Assembly (NCBI GenBank): GCA_038087875.1 | Contig: CM075986.1 | Coordinates: 7,750,001-7,813,864, forward strand | Direction: 5' to 3' | Origin: Malacoraja senta | Taxonomy: Eukaryota | DNA length: 63,864 nt | Shown here: one piece after another, positions 26,655-38,390 of the stretch | Numbering within the stretch: the first letter of the stretch is position 1 | Layout: each line of letters begins with the position of its first letter | Position numbers and translations under genes: made by a program | Notes under the pieces: generated by a model | Told to the model about the DNA's origin: nothing | What the model saw: the letters and a program-made list of their open reading frames with translations, nothing else | The model's database searches: none

Positions 26655-27035
26655 TATGATAGTTTGGTGGTTATGTAACTGGGTTAGTAATCTAAGGTCC
26701 TGGACTAATAGTTTAGGGAACATGCCATCAAGGCCATTTGAAAGCTTGACATTCTTCATGCTAACTACATTTGAAACAAACAGCCTGCTATCAGTAAAAG
26801 TGGCAATAAAAATGCTAGATGTTCAGACCAACTGATTGACTAATGTCCTTTGTTGAAGGAAATTTGACTCCAGTTCATGCCAAAGTGGATGTCTGTCCTT
26901 GGCAGTGGCCAAAAAAAAAGAATCAAACAGCTGTGGAAAATTAGCATCCTGAAAGTGACTTCCCCCTCCCTGACTTGGAAGTGACTTCCCCCTTCCCCTG
27001 TCACCATTTTCTTCATGCAATTAAGGCGGGGCATT
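26655..27035 (+). mobile_element. tRNA-headed chondrichthyan repeat, related to 40720-41040 and 44030-44200
   Basis: GTGGTTATGTAACTGGGTTAGTAATC head and shared CTAATGTCCTTT...GAAGGAAAT core. Confidence 0.55.
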
Positions 27036-27624
27036 AGATTCTAGATATCAGATAAGCATGACATTTTTCTGGACATGGGGGGGGGGGGGCAGGGTGTAGT
27101 GGAGACTCCCCTCAAAATAAGGGAAGGGATTCTACGCCAGTGGAAAAATTGTGTAATTTGTGTAAATTTGTACATATTGAATGTATAGCCTCCGAGAATG
27201 TCGGATGGAGTTTTATAGGCATCATGTATTGCATACATTTACTTCTCTAACAAAGTATGTTTTGAAAAAAAAAATGTAAAGCATAGTTTTCCCATCATAA
27301 AGTTTGTATATTTCCTTTAGCAGTTTATTAGCCGAGGAAGAGAGTTTAAAAACCCCATAATGGAACTGTTGCATGTACTGGAATATTTTCAACTGATGAA
27401 TGCTATGCTGAGGGAGTAATGTAGCTCCCAGTTTGCTATCTTTCCTGGAATGTTAGCTATTCTTGCAGATATAACGAAGAACATTTTCCAGTGTTTGGAC
27501 AAAATAACCCCAAAAGTAATATTTGTATACCACTAACTGTGGTTTGGCTGGAATGTGAGGTTGTGTAATCTTAATCTGAAGACCAGCAAGTTGTATCTGA
27601 ATTTATTTGGGTTAAAAGTATCCA

Positions 27625-27895
27625 GTTTAATTCAATTTAGTTTATTGATAGAGCGTGGAAACAGGCCCTGCGGTCCACCGAGTCCGTGCCGACCAGTGAT
27701 CCCGCACACTAACTATCCTACACACACTTGGGGCAATTTACAATTATACCAACCCAATTAGTCTACAAACCTGTACATTTTTGGGGTGTGGGAGGAAACT
27801 GGATATCCTGAAAAAAACCCCACACAGGTCAGGATCGAACCTGGGTGTCTGGCGCTGTAAGGCAGCAACTCTGCTGCTGTGCCATTGTGCTGGCC
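27625..27895 (-). mobile_element. V-SINE/HE1-type SINE
   Basis: Reverse complement: GCACAATGGCACAGCAGCAGAGTTGCTGCCTTACAGCGCCAGACACCCAGGTTCGATCC...GGGCCTGTTTCCACGCT. Confidence 0.9.
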
Positions 27896-28939
27896 TAATT
27901 GTAGTAGGTTGACAAACACAACAACAAGCTGCAATTGGGGCATTGATGTCTATAATAATTGAGTTGGGGTGCAATCCCACTTTTAAATACGCAGGAGACA
28001 TGCCTACCTTGGTGTTCTTCAAGAGAAAATGTAAAAATGTGACAGGAGCTGAAGAATTCTGAATAGAACCCGTTCAGAACTTGCTGCATCCAATTCAATG
28101 TTTGAAAAGTGTCTAAAATCAGCATGGGGCTGTTACTTAATGAATTTAAAGAACCCAACACTATTTTAGGTGGCGCACTGGAACACCCCAAAAGCTGATT
28201 ATACCAATATGTAGCAATGTAGATGTGGACTGAGAATAAAACTTGCCTATAACATCGATCCCTTTTTATCAACAACTTCTGGCCTGAAGATTGACGTCCT
28301 ACGCGAACCACTTGATTGCAAGGTTTTTTCATCTCTAATTCCTTGATTCAGAGATTTTGCACTGTTCTGTCTGTTTAACTACTTTGTCACTACTTTTGAA
28401 TAGATAATTTAAGTTACTTGTAATATTGATATAGATTTTTAAAACTTGTTTCTGGTTCTGGATAATATCTTGGCATGAATAGCTGAATATTTTCACGGAT
28501 TTGATTGTTACTGTGAGTTAACTCTATAATAATAATTATTATTATATGTGGAACAAATCTATTAAATCACCATATCTGTCATGTTTGTTATGAAAATTAT
28601 CTTGGAGCATTACATATCACGTTTCATTTAAACATTTTAACCAGCTTACCGTCTTCAAGTTGCACTGACCAATAGTGATCTTTTCAGATTTTTGTGCTAT
28701 TAACTGCTAGTTCTGTAGCTTGTGATGCCAGATTATTATCTATTGAAATTTTTGCATGGAACATCAGCTGGAGATTTTATTTTAGAGGTCACTTTGATAG
28801 TTGCTTACATTGAGTAAAGCAGATACACTGAGTTTTATGTCAAGATGACAATTAATTTCAAGGTTTATACAATATCATTCCATTTGGGTATTCCTGAGGG
28901 AATTAGTTTAGCTTTGAAATGCGATATTCCTATTGTCTC

Positions 28940-29280
28940 GGTAGATTGTGGGTTCAAATCCCATCATAGACATTTAAGCACACAATTCTAGATTAAAGCA
29001 TTGGTGTTGCTGTGGTTTGCTGTACTCTCAGAATTCTTAACTTTCAGATAAAATAAATAGACTGTACCAGTTGTAAAAGATTCTCATGGCATTACTTCAA
29101 TGGAAAGCAGTTGAATTTTCACTGGTGTTCTTACTAATATTTATCTCAGAATTCACATTGCTGAAATTTGGAGACCTAGGATTTTTGCATAGGGTGATTT
29201 GATCTCCATATTTGGGTTGCAGTGTTTCCTAAATTCAAACAGCTATGGACATGAAAAGGAACCATATGAATGCGGGTTTT
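28940..29280 (+). mobile_element. Deu-domain SINE (SacSINE/AmnSINE-like)
   Basis: GTGGGTTCAAATCCCA head, GTAAAAGATTCTCATGGCATTA...GGTGTTCTTACTAATATTTATC core, and ATGAAAAGGAACCATATGAATGC tail. Confidence 0.7.
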
Positions 29281-29329
29281 TTCTATCAGCCATAACCTCA
29301 ATTGAGTGTTAATCTCCTCATAGGCGAGT

Positions 29330-29527
29330 GTCTTCCTAGTTCTGTATCTTCCTCCAATCTGACAGCACCCGCTTCCCTAAACCCCCTTTTGACTTCTGCC
29401 CTGAATTGTCTGATCATTCTGAAGTAGGTTCACAATTCGAAAAGTCATGTTTTCCAGGTATGCTGCCTGACCTGCTAAGTTACTCCAGCACTTTTTTTTT
29501 TTGTGTAAACCACCATCGGCAGTTCTT
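29330..29527 (+). mobile_element. Penelope-derived repeat with decayed hammerhead
   Basis: CTGAAGTAGGTTCACAATTCGAAAAGTC...ATGCTGCCTGACCTGCTAAGTTACTCCAGCAC. Confidence 0.7.
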
Positions 29528-29829
29528 TTTGACAGATAAAAAAACACGTTAAAACAATGACCACAACTATGGCATTCTTATAAAAAGGAGCGTTTAACTG
29601 AAATTGTTAAATTCAGTATTAAGTCGCAAGGGATTTAAAGCTTCTAGTTACCTCTTCTCCTCCTGTTTCCTATAAGGAAATTTAGCAGGTGCATTATAGT
29701 GTGAGGTTATTCAATTTGGTTGGAGAATACATGAAAATATTCTGTAAATAGAGTTTGCAGAGTTTTGCTGAACAGATTTATAGATATCTTCAAATTTAGT
29801 ATTCAGGTGCATCAAATGATTAGGAAGAT

Positions 29830-29918
29830 AGACATAAAAAGCCGGAGTAACTCAGGCAGCATCTCTGGAGAGAAGAAATGGATGACGTTTCGGGTCGAGA
29901 CTCTTCTTCAGACTGGTA
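29830..29918 (-). mobile_element. Penelope-derived short insertion with intact minimal hammerhead core, inserted in a CR1 relic
   Basis: Minus strand AGT-CTGAAGA-A-GAGTC-TC-GACCC-GAAAC-GTC. Flanked by the 11-bp direct repeat ATTAGGAAGAT (29819-29829 and 29919-29929). Confidence 0.85.
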
Positions 29919-30934
29919 ATTAGGAAGATTGCTGCTTATTGCTACAGTTGTGCAGAGTGTCGATGAGGCCAACTAGATTACTTCATGTAGCTTTGTTTTT
30001 CTTTTAAAAGAGGGCTGGAGGCAGTTCAGCGAAGGTTGACCATCTTAGACTGTTCATTTTATGAGGAACAGCTGAGCAGGTTTGACCTGTATTGTAGTTT
30101 GGAATAATTAAAAGTGATCAAAAATGTATTAATATAAATTAGAACACGAGGGAGCGGTAATAATATATATTGGTGTGGCTCAGTCATTAGCAACAGACAG
30201 GAAACTGAGAAAAGGAATAAATTGGTCATGTTCAGGATGTGACTAGTAGGATGCTCCCAAAAACGGTGCTGAGGCAAAAGCTATTCACAATCTATAAGTG
30301 ATTTGGATGAGGTCCAAAAAACATTGGTGGAAGAATTTTGCAGATCATGTACTTGAAGTTAAAGTGATGGACAATGTTTCAGGTCAAGATCCTGCATCAG
30401 GACTCCTCCCGGGTCCTTAGCAGCCTTCACCGTTCTATCTGAACTCTCCTCGCTGATCCAGCAGTATTTCATCAGCAGATGCTTAACCTCTGTCAGGGGT
30501 CAGAGGTTATGTAGAGAAGGCAGGAAAATGGGGTGAGGAGGGAGAGATAGATCAGCCATGATTGAATGGCGGAGTAGACTTGATGGGCCGAATGGCATAA
30601 CTCTGCTCCTATCACCTTCGTACTCTTGCGTCTGCACCTCAACAAGTTCACAGCACATCAGGATACCTGCCAACTCCATGCCTATTCTTTGGCCAAGGGG
30701 TATACTGATGTATATTTTACCCATCTCCAACATTCTTCTTCTTGGACACCTCATTCTGGCCATTCATCCCCATCGGTCTTTGCATTACCAGTTGCTGACA
30801 TGACATCCCCCTTGACTTTTCTATCTCTTAAGTAATATGAAGGTCAGAACTGTGCACGACATTTAAAATGTGACCCAATATGTACAGATTCACTGACTGA
30901 ATGCTGCCTTGGCAAGGCCACCAAGGACCAGTCT

Positions 30935-31255
30935 CACCTTGGTCACTTCTCCTTCTAAGAGGTACAGAAGTTTGAAAATGCATACCTCCAGATTCAGGAA
31001 CAGTTTCTTCCCAGCTGTTATCAGGCAACTGATCTGCCTTCGCACCAGCTAGAGTGCGGTCCTGACGTCCCATCTACATCATTGGAGACATCTGAACTAT
31101 TGGACTTTATCAGACCTTATCTTTACTAAATGTATCCTTTTATCTGCACACTTTGGATGGCTTAATTGTAATCATGTATAGTCTTTTCTTTGGATAGCAC
31201 ACAACAAAATGCTTTTCACTGTACCTCGGTACACATGACTATAATAAACTAAACT
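30935..31255 (+). mobile_element. Rex1/Babar LINE 3' end
   Basis: Encodes RYRSLKMHTSRFRNSFFPAVIRQL, with tail TTTTCACTGTACCTCGGTACACATGAC...(TAAAC)n. Confidence 0.85.
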
Positions 31256-31564
31256 GGAAAATCACTTGCTACATTTTTACATACAATCTAAATAGTTTAA
31301 CAAATATGTTGAGATTACAATTTTAAAGAGTTTCTTTGCCTGTCTGTATTAAAGTTGTATATTTTTATGGTCGTTTTTACTATTTTAAAAATGAAGGCTT
31401 TATTTTATCTCTTGAAAGAGCGCTCTTGTCCTGTGGTTAGTCCTTTACAGCTTGGTATAAATCTTAATTTATGTGGTGAGTATAACTCTTTGATTGCTTC
31501 AACAGGAAACCAGCATGAGAGCTGTAACCTTGTGTTTCTCAGGTCAGTTTATTTTTGCCCACAG

Positions 31565-31723
31565 TCTGGGTACAAAATACCCTGGGAACAAGTCACAGAC
31601 TTGAAGAACAAGAATTTTAAATCTCTTTTCGAAACAATAACGTTTCCAGAAGAAGGCTGAAATTATTTGTGACAAACAGTACATTTCCACTTAGCACATG
31701 AGGATCGGACACTGCTCATGACA
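31565..31723 (+). other. Candidate 5' exon ending ATG ACA (M-T)
   Basis: Pyrimidine tract with CAG acceptor at 31563-31564 and ACA|GTAAGT donor at 31724. Stops in all three frames upstream of ATG 31718 fit a mostly 5'-UTR exon. Confidence 0.4.
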
Positions 31724-33853
31724 GTAAGTTTTTCATGTTCCACCTACACCCAACAGCTGAATGCTGAAGTGTACTTGGTGGGTGTGCTGACCTTTCCAAC
31801 TTCCTTAGTAACTCCACAAGGAAATGGCAGTTGTTCTGGTAAGGGAAATGGCAATTTTGAGCAGAATAACACCCAGCACAGGGAAGATTGTGATGGAGGA
31901 CATACAGGAAACTGTGGCATGCACAGCTCCAGTGGTAGGGTTGACTGAAAAGATGAGTTTGTTTTGAAATTATCTCTTTTTACAAATTTACTTAGATGTT
32001 CACAAAGTAGTTACGATGAATTAATCCTGGCGTGTTGTCGATTTGTTTAACAAAGAAATATCTATTAATCTTCATCAGTCAGTCGGGGCCATGCTGCTTT
32101 GCTAGTTCCATTAGTACTGTCTCTCGGTCACTTAAGTCAACAGCTTCTTTATGACATCTTGTGCCTCCAGAGTTTCAATAGTTGATTTTAAAACCCTGAT
32201 GCTTTCCAAACCAATCTGAAGCACAGTGACCTTCCACTGTGGTAGGCGCCTGATTAATTTTCCCCCCGGAAATTCAATACTTTAGTTTCTACCAATGCTG
32301 TGACCCAACCTTATGCTCTTATTCCCCCCCCTCCAAAATAAAACATGAGCCTGCTGTGCTATTCAGTAATATCATACTGATTTGATATACCTTTATTATA
32401 TAAAGAGATCAATATTTTTTACTGTACTCCACGTGAGTTCTCATCAAAGCCCTAATACTTCCTTAACCCTTTCACTCAATTAATCTTATAGTAAAAGCAA
32501 ACATTCTATTTCCTTTCCTAATTTGATGCTATATTTGAAAGTTTTATATTTCTTGTAGGATCTCCCTACTAGATGTAGATTAAAGTTTCTCACCATTTAA
32601 ATGATATTCTGTATTTCTGTTCTATTGGTCAAAATGGATGTCATGGGTAGACACAAAATGGTGAGCCATTATTTTGATCGGCAGTTCTATGAGGTGAGGG
32701 TACTTCCTCGTAATTTGTGTGGAGTGCCAAGATTTTTGTGACAGTAATGAAGAAATGGTGATAGGTTTACAGGTTAGGTTGATGGGAGGATTTGGGAGAG
32801 GAACTTGCATGTCGTAGGTAGGTCATGGATTAACGGTTGCTGTCAAGGCGGCCTATGCGAGCTGCTGCAGAATACCTGAAAGTGGTTTACAGTATGTGAC
32901 TTTAGATCTACACAATCATGCTGTATAGCAGGCTGGTTGTTCCCCTGTCTATATCTACACAGGCGACCCCTGTGTTACTGCAGTTTGAGAAATAGAATAT
33001 CATCCTTATGAAATTTTCAAGTATCTCCCAAACAAACTCTGTGGAATACAAATTTGCTCTCATTGAATTTTGTTCTTTTAATTTATTTCTTAATGCGTGT
33101 GCAGATGATGTAGTTCACATGACAGAAAATTGATGTAGATGGTTTTCTGGAACGTGACCTGCCCCATGTGCCGCAGGGAGTCACTTGTGCTCGTTTTCTC
33201 AAAGATCTGTCCAAATGAGTATAAATTCCTGTTGTTTGACCCAAATACCTCCATTTCTGACATTTGTTAAATCTGCACTTCTGGTCACTCACGCCAGCAG
33301 CAGCACTTTCCCTCTTTGTATCTGAAAAAAACTCTCATTGCATAATGAATTTATTAAAATCCTCCTATACTTCACAAGGACAACCTTACTTTCCTTGATT
33401 CTATTACTGCTGTCCCATCCCCAGAACCACTCCATTTAATCTTCTTCAAACAATTTCCAAGATTTTGATACCCTTTCTAAAATTGAATGCTTTGAATTCA
33501 ATACAGTTCTCCTTCTGAGATCTACCAGTGAATTATAAAGCTTCTTTAGTTTTGCAAATAATTCCTCCATTTGTGAAGTCCCCTCATTTTTCCTGCTTCT
33601 TTTATAAGTTATATCTTTGTATCAAGTCGATAATAATTTTGCTTGAATCAGATTTGCTTTAGTCATTTACAGGAATATATTTTTTCTTAATTAATTCTAA
33701 TTCTAATGGTTCCGATTATTTAAATAAAATAATTTGCTTGTATTTTCAACAATGAAAATCATAACATAAATTGTGTCAGTATTCGGCATCTTTATTTTGG
33801 AGTTTGCTGTTTGTATTTAATAAGCGAGTTCGGTATTCCGACTGCACATGCCC

Positions 33854-33879
33854 AGGTCATAGGTCACTCGCTATAAATA
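33854..33879 (+). promoter_or_regulatory. Perfect DR1 nuclear-receptor element plus TATA box
   Basis: AGGTCA-T-AGGTCA at 33854-33866 and TATAAATA at 33872-33879, directly upstream of a CpG island. Confidence 0.7.
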
Positions 33880-33894
33880 TTCTCAGTAGCTGTG

Positions 33895-34735
33895 CTGCTG
33901 CCTGCGTTTTGTTCGATGCCGGGCCCGGGTCTCCGGTGCTGCGGGCGTCATTGAGTTGCTGCTGGGCTGTCCCCGTCCCCTCCCTGGTGTCCTGTCCCTG
34001 TCCGGGGGTGGCCGGAGGTTTCCGAGGTGGCCCTGGACTGGCGGGGCGGCAACGGCCTTGAAGCCGGCGCGGAGGGGGGGGGGGGGCAGTGCTCGGCTCT
34101 GCCCGTCCCGCCGGGTTGGCCAGTAGCCCTGGACTGGTGGAGCGCCGGCCCGGAGTGATGGCGGCCCCGGATTTGCAGCCGGGGGGGGGGGGGGGGGGCT
34201 GGCTCCGGCTCGGCACTGCTCCGGCTCCTGGGGGGCCCGTTCCCCAGCAGGCCGGGGACCGTCACCTGCACCTCTCACCTTGTCCAGTGACTGTCAGTTG
34301 GTCCCCTCAGTGTCGGCGGGGCTGAGCGCCGGTCATCGGTGGGGATGCACACGAGGTGCTGCGGTGGCTCGGCGGGTCCGGCAACATCTCTGGATAAGGG
34401 TCTCGAACCGAAATGTCATCCATTCCTTTTCTCCGGGGATGCTGCCTGTCCCACTGAGTTGCTGCAGCGCTTTGTGTGTGTCCCTGTTGATGGCTGATAC
34501 TCGGCGGGGGGGGGGGGGGGGGGGGGGGTGGGGGCCCAGTGGCACACCGGCAGCGCTTGTGGTGCCGGGGACCCGGGTTCGATCGTGCCTGGGGATGAGG
34601 CGCGGGTCTGTGTGTACGCAGCTGCCGAGATTGTCTCCCCGCCGGTCCAGTCTCCCCTGTCTCCCACTCGCATCTGCCCCCTCTCTCTTTCTCGCTGTTA
34701 CACCCCGCTGTCCCACTACCTGGCACCCCCGTTCC
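33895..34735. promoter_or_regulatory. CpG island (candidate promoter/first exon) containing GC-shifted repeat remnants
   Basis: Abrupt ~850-bp GC- and CpG-rich block in AT-rich flanks, with poly-G runs at ~34073, ~34181 and ~34505. No TIRs or TSD seen. Confidence 0.7.
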
Positions 34736-35514
34736 TCAGATTAAATAAATTTTTACACATAAATTATGAATTAAGATTAAAAAAATTATACACAGATTAC
34801 CCAGCCTGCGCTTCGTTCGCCTTTATCGCGAATGACCTTTGACAAATCCCATGATTCCTTGCGTTTCTCGGAATACCGAGCTGGCTTATTGATGGTGGAA
34901 AGTATCCATGTGCCTACATTGCAGAATGTAGTACTTAGGACAGATGGAATGGAACATGTGATTATTAATTTGTTGACATCATCTTGCGACACCAAAAGCA
35001 TTTGACCTATTTTAAATCTGTATGCTATCTTTTAGAATTCTATATATTGCAGTGCTTTATTCCAAATCTGTCGCTAAATGCTTTAACTAATGTAGCCAGC
35101 TGAAGCCCAGTAGACAATGAATGCATAAAAAGCTGGTGATATTGAAATTTAAACTGCCACTGGTGGACTGTAGTAACTAAAAAAAGTTTATATTACATTT
35201 TATTGTAGACATCGATTTATATTTCTTTCAATTTGCAGTGATTTTACTTGATATTATGAGTAAAAGTGGAATTAGTACATGAATTGGTACTTTGTAGACA
35301 AAGGTATGATTTCTCACTCCACAGAAACATAGCTGACTAAATATTCTAAAAATGTACTAGCAGTATGTTAAAGAACCACTAATGTTATAATAACTTTATC
35401 AGAAGGAAAATGTTAAATTTATATATTTCCTGATCTCTGAACATTTTGTAGTTCTATCTAACCAGTTAAGGATTAATGAAGAGTAATCATTGTTGTAACC
35501 ATTGTTATATGTTG

Positions 35515-35694
35515 AGGGCCTGTCCCACTTGGGCGTCATTTGAGCGTAATTTACGCGTCACGACGCGCGCATGGTGCGTGGTGACGTAGGCAGCGATGCG
35601 CGGTTGCGCGCAGCGCCCCAGGATTTTGGGATGTACAAAATCTTCGCGCGCCACCTGCGTGACGCGCAAATGATGCCCAAGTGGGACAGGCCCT
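35515..35694. mobile_element. PIF/Harbinger-type MITE (180 bp)
   Basis: TIRs AGGGCCTGTCCCACTTGGGCGTCATTTG / CAAATGATGCCCAAGTGGGACAGGCCCT, with TTG and TTA flanks. Confidence 0.9.
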
Positions 35695-35699
35695 TTAAT

Positions 35700-36652
35700 G
35701 ATCACAATAAGCAGCTGAACTGGAATTGATGGCTTTCTAGCCAAGTTTGCAGATGATACGAAGACAAGTGGAGGGACAGATAAGCGTTGAGGAAGTCGGG
35801 AGGCTGCTGAAAGTCTTGGGCAGGTTGGGAATGTGGGCAAAGAAGTGGCAATGGAATACAACGGAAGTGCACATTGGTAGAAGGAATGAAGGTGTAGACT
35901 ACTTTTCTAAATGGGTAGAGGATTCAGAGGTCCAAAGGGACTTTAGGAGTGCTGTTGCAGCAGTCCCAAAAGGTTAATTTGCAGCTTGAGTCAGTGATAA
36001 GGAAGGCAAATGCAATGCTAACATTCATTTCAAGGCGACTAGAATAGAAAAGCAAGGATGTGATGCTGAAGCTATATAGGTTTATAAGGAGCAGGTGGGG
36101 CCACATTTGGAATATAGTGAACAGTTTTGGGCCCTTTATCTGAGGAAGGAGATCCTGGCAATTGAGAGGGTCCAGAGGAGGTTAACGAGAATGATCCTGG
36201 GAATTATTGGGTTAATATATGAGGAGGGTTTGATGGCTCTGGCCCTGCACTCGCTGAAGTTTGGAAGGATGAGAGGAGCTCATTGAAACCTACCGAATTA
36301 TAAAAGGCCTAGATAGAGTGGACATGGAAAGGATGTTTCCAGTCGAGGGAGAGTTAGAGCTAAAGGGAACAGCCTCGGAATAAAAGGATGTACCTTTAGA
36401 ATGGAGATGAGGAATTTATTTAGCCAGAATGAATCTGTGAAATTCATTGCCACAGATGGCGGTGGAGGCCAAGACATTGGGTATTTTTAAACTGGAGATC
36501 AATAGTTTCATGATTAGTAAGTGGGTCAAAGGTTACAGGGGGAAGGCAGGCGAATGAGGTTGAGAGGGAAAAATAGATCAGCCATGATCGAACAGCGGAG
36601 TAGACTTGATGGGTCGAATGGCCTAATTCTGATCCTATATTATGGTCTTATG
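35700..36652 (+). mobile_element. CR1 LINE 3' portion
   Basis: AKFADDTK, PHLEYSEQFW and IERVQRR motifs, with 3' UTR GATCAGCCATGATCGAA and a TTATGGTC tail. Confidence 0.9.
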
Positions 36653-36654
36653 GT

Positions 36655-36800
36655 AATGCAGGAAAACAAATTCATTTCCACGCAGAAACCTTCCATAAAG
36701 GTAATGTAATAAACACCAGAATGCACTTATTTTGTGATATGTTTACTGAGGAATAAATGTTGACCAGGACATCATAGCATTCCCACATTTCTCTAATGGA
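36655..36800 (-). mobile_element. Deu-domain SINE 3' fragment
   Basis: Reverse complement contains ATGTCCTGGTCAACATTTATTCCTCAGTAAACATATCACAAAA...TTTCCTGCATTAC. Confidence 0.55.
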
Positions 36801-36864
36801 ATAATGAATCAGCATGTTTTTTTCTTGCAACGGTTTCTTAAATGAGATTTCTGCTCACACATTT

Positions 36865-37170
36865 ATTCCTGGTTGCTCAGCACTTCAACTCCCCCTCCCA
36901 TTCCCAATCTGACCGTTATATTTCGCTTGGGTAGTTTACACCCCAGCGGTAAGAACATTGACTTCTCTAACTTCAGATAGCCCTTGCTTTCCCTCTCTAT
37001 CCCCTCTCCCTTCCCAGTTCTCCTACTAGTCTTACTGTCTCCGACTACATTCTATCCGCCCCCTCCACTGACATCAGTCTAAAGAAGGGTCTCGACCCGA
37101 AACGTCACCCATTCCTTCTCCCCATAGATGCTGCCTGACCCGCTGAGTTACTCCAGCATTTTGTGTCTAC
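36865..37170 (+). mobile_element. Penelope-like element 3' end: GIY-YIG C-terminus, 3' UTR/pseudo-LTR and hammerhead motif
   Basis: Translates as LVAQHFNSPSHSQSD [deletion] IFRLGSLHPSGKNIDFSNFR*. CAGTCTAAAGAAGGGTCTCGACCCGAAACGTCACC follows at 37075-37109. Confidence 0.9.
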
Positions 37171-37699
37171 CACGTCATTTATAAACCTGGGTGAGGGTGT
37201 TACCAACTGAGCACAATTGATACATTGTGATTTCATTGTGATTATTCTTTTACTTGTACCCTACATATAGAAAAGTCTGTTGGACATGTAATTTTGTTTC
37301 AGATGATTGGCAGAGTTAGCATAATTAATTTTTATTTATTTTCTGTCTTCCTGTCAAGTAAAAGGCAAATTATAGCAAGTTTTGTGGCTTTTCCAACTTT
37401 CTGTCTCCTTCATCATTACTATTTCACTAAAGACAAAAGTCAGTAGTTATATACTTCATATTTGAGTCTAAACTTTTTCTTTTGAGATGATATGTTGTAA
37501 TCCTAGCAGAAAAATGTAATTAGTCTGCGTGCATTCTTTGGTGCTATGTAGACAGGATTTGGGAGCAGTCTCTGTAGCCCATGTGCTGTTCCAGCATTTC
37601 CGTCACATGTTTCCCCTGTCAGTTGGAATGTTTACTGGCAGGGAGCCTCCACTTCTTCCCATTTTAGCCTGCTGTTTAAATCGCAGCAGTAATGTTTTC

Positions 37700-38390
37700 A
37701 ATCTGATTTAGAAAAAAAGAGGCTGCTGCTAACACCACTGCTTTTGTGTGGAGGAAAGCGGATAAAAGGAACAAGCGTGGTAACATGCTGCTGCTTTTAA
37801 CTGTTTTATTTGTCTGGTACATTTCAACTTCGTGTTCACAGTAATGCTCTGACAGATTCCCTGGTGCAGAGTACTGGAAGTTGATTTTGCTTTCCCCTTT
37901 GGCTGTGGATGAGATGATAATTAGAAGACCAATGTGCGCTCTTCCGCAGAGCAAGTAGACGGCTTTAGCCTAGGGAGGGTGGAGGCTACTAACTGACTGC
38001 AAATTAAAAGCTGTGTAGGGATATAGATTTGTGAGGCTTGGTACTACACTCTGAAAACTCAGAGGCATCTTTCTCACAGATGAATGGCGTGGCTTTCTAT
38101 CTCGTTGGAATTCCACCCTACGTGGAGGCACAAGTAAGTAATATATACAGAATGCTGGATGCTGTGCAGCTCTCTGCATTGTCTTAACTCGGGCTGCAGT
38201 AATTCTTTTAATTATATTGCATTTGTGACTAAGAGGATTGACACAGAGGAATGCAAGGCCTTTGAAGCAAAACATAAGCAGGAAAAATAAAGGCAGATTG
38301 ATTTGTTGCTCTGAGATTGCTTTGTACAGAATGTTGTTGCGAAGTTTTGAGTTCACTGACCAGGGTTTCAGTCTTTTAACTTGGCTTTAG
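37700..38390 (+). other. Candidate non-coding first/5' exon (start position uncertain)
   Basis: Repeat-free block with higher GC than its flanks, ending in TAG|GTAAGT at 38391 and followed by GT-rich intron-like sequence. Confidence 0.35.

Noticed and set aside
27895-28332. 145-aa minus-strand ORF in unique DNA
   Set aside because: No recognisable motif or splice context; roughly one ORF of this size is expected by chance in six frames of 64 kb.
33771-34842. Many overlapping Pro/Gly/Arg-rich ORFs up to 154 aa
   Set aside because: Expected from stop-codon scarcity in a GC-rich island with poly-G runs and repeat remnants; no domain recognised.
36661-36699. Apparent 39-nt exon ENKFISTQKPSIK with AG/GT ends
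   Set aside because: It lies in an antisense Deu-SINE relic next to a CR1 tail and has no polypyrimidine tract.
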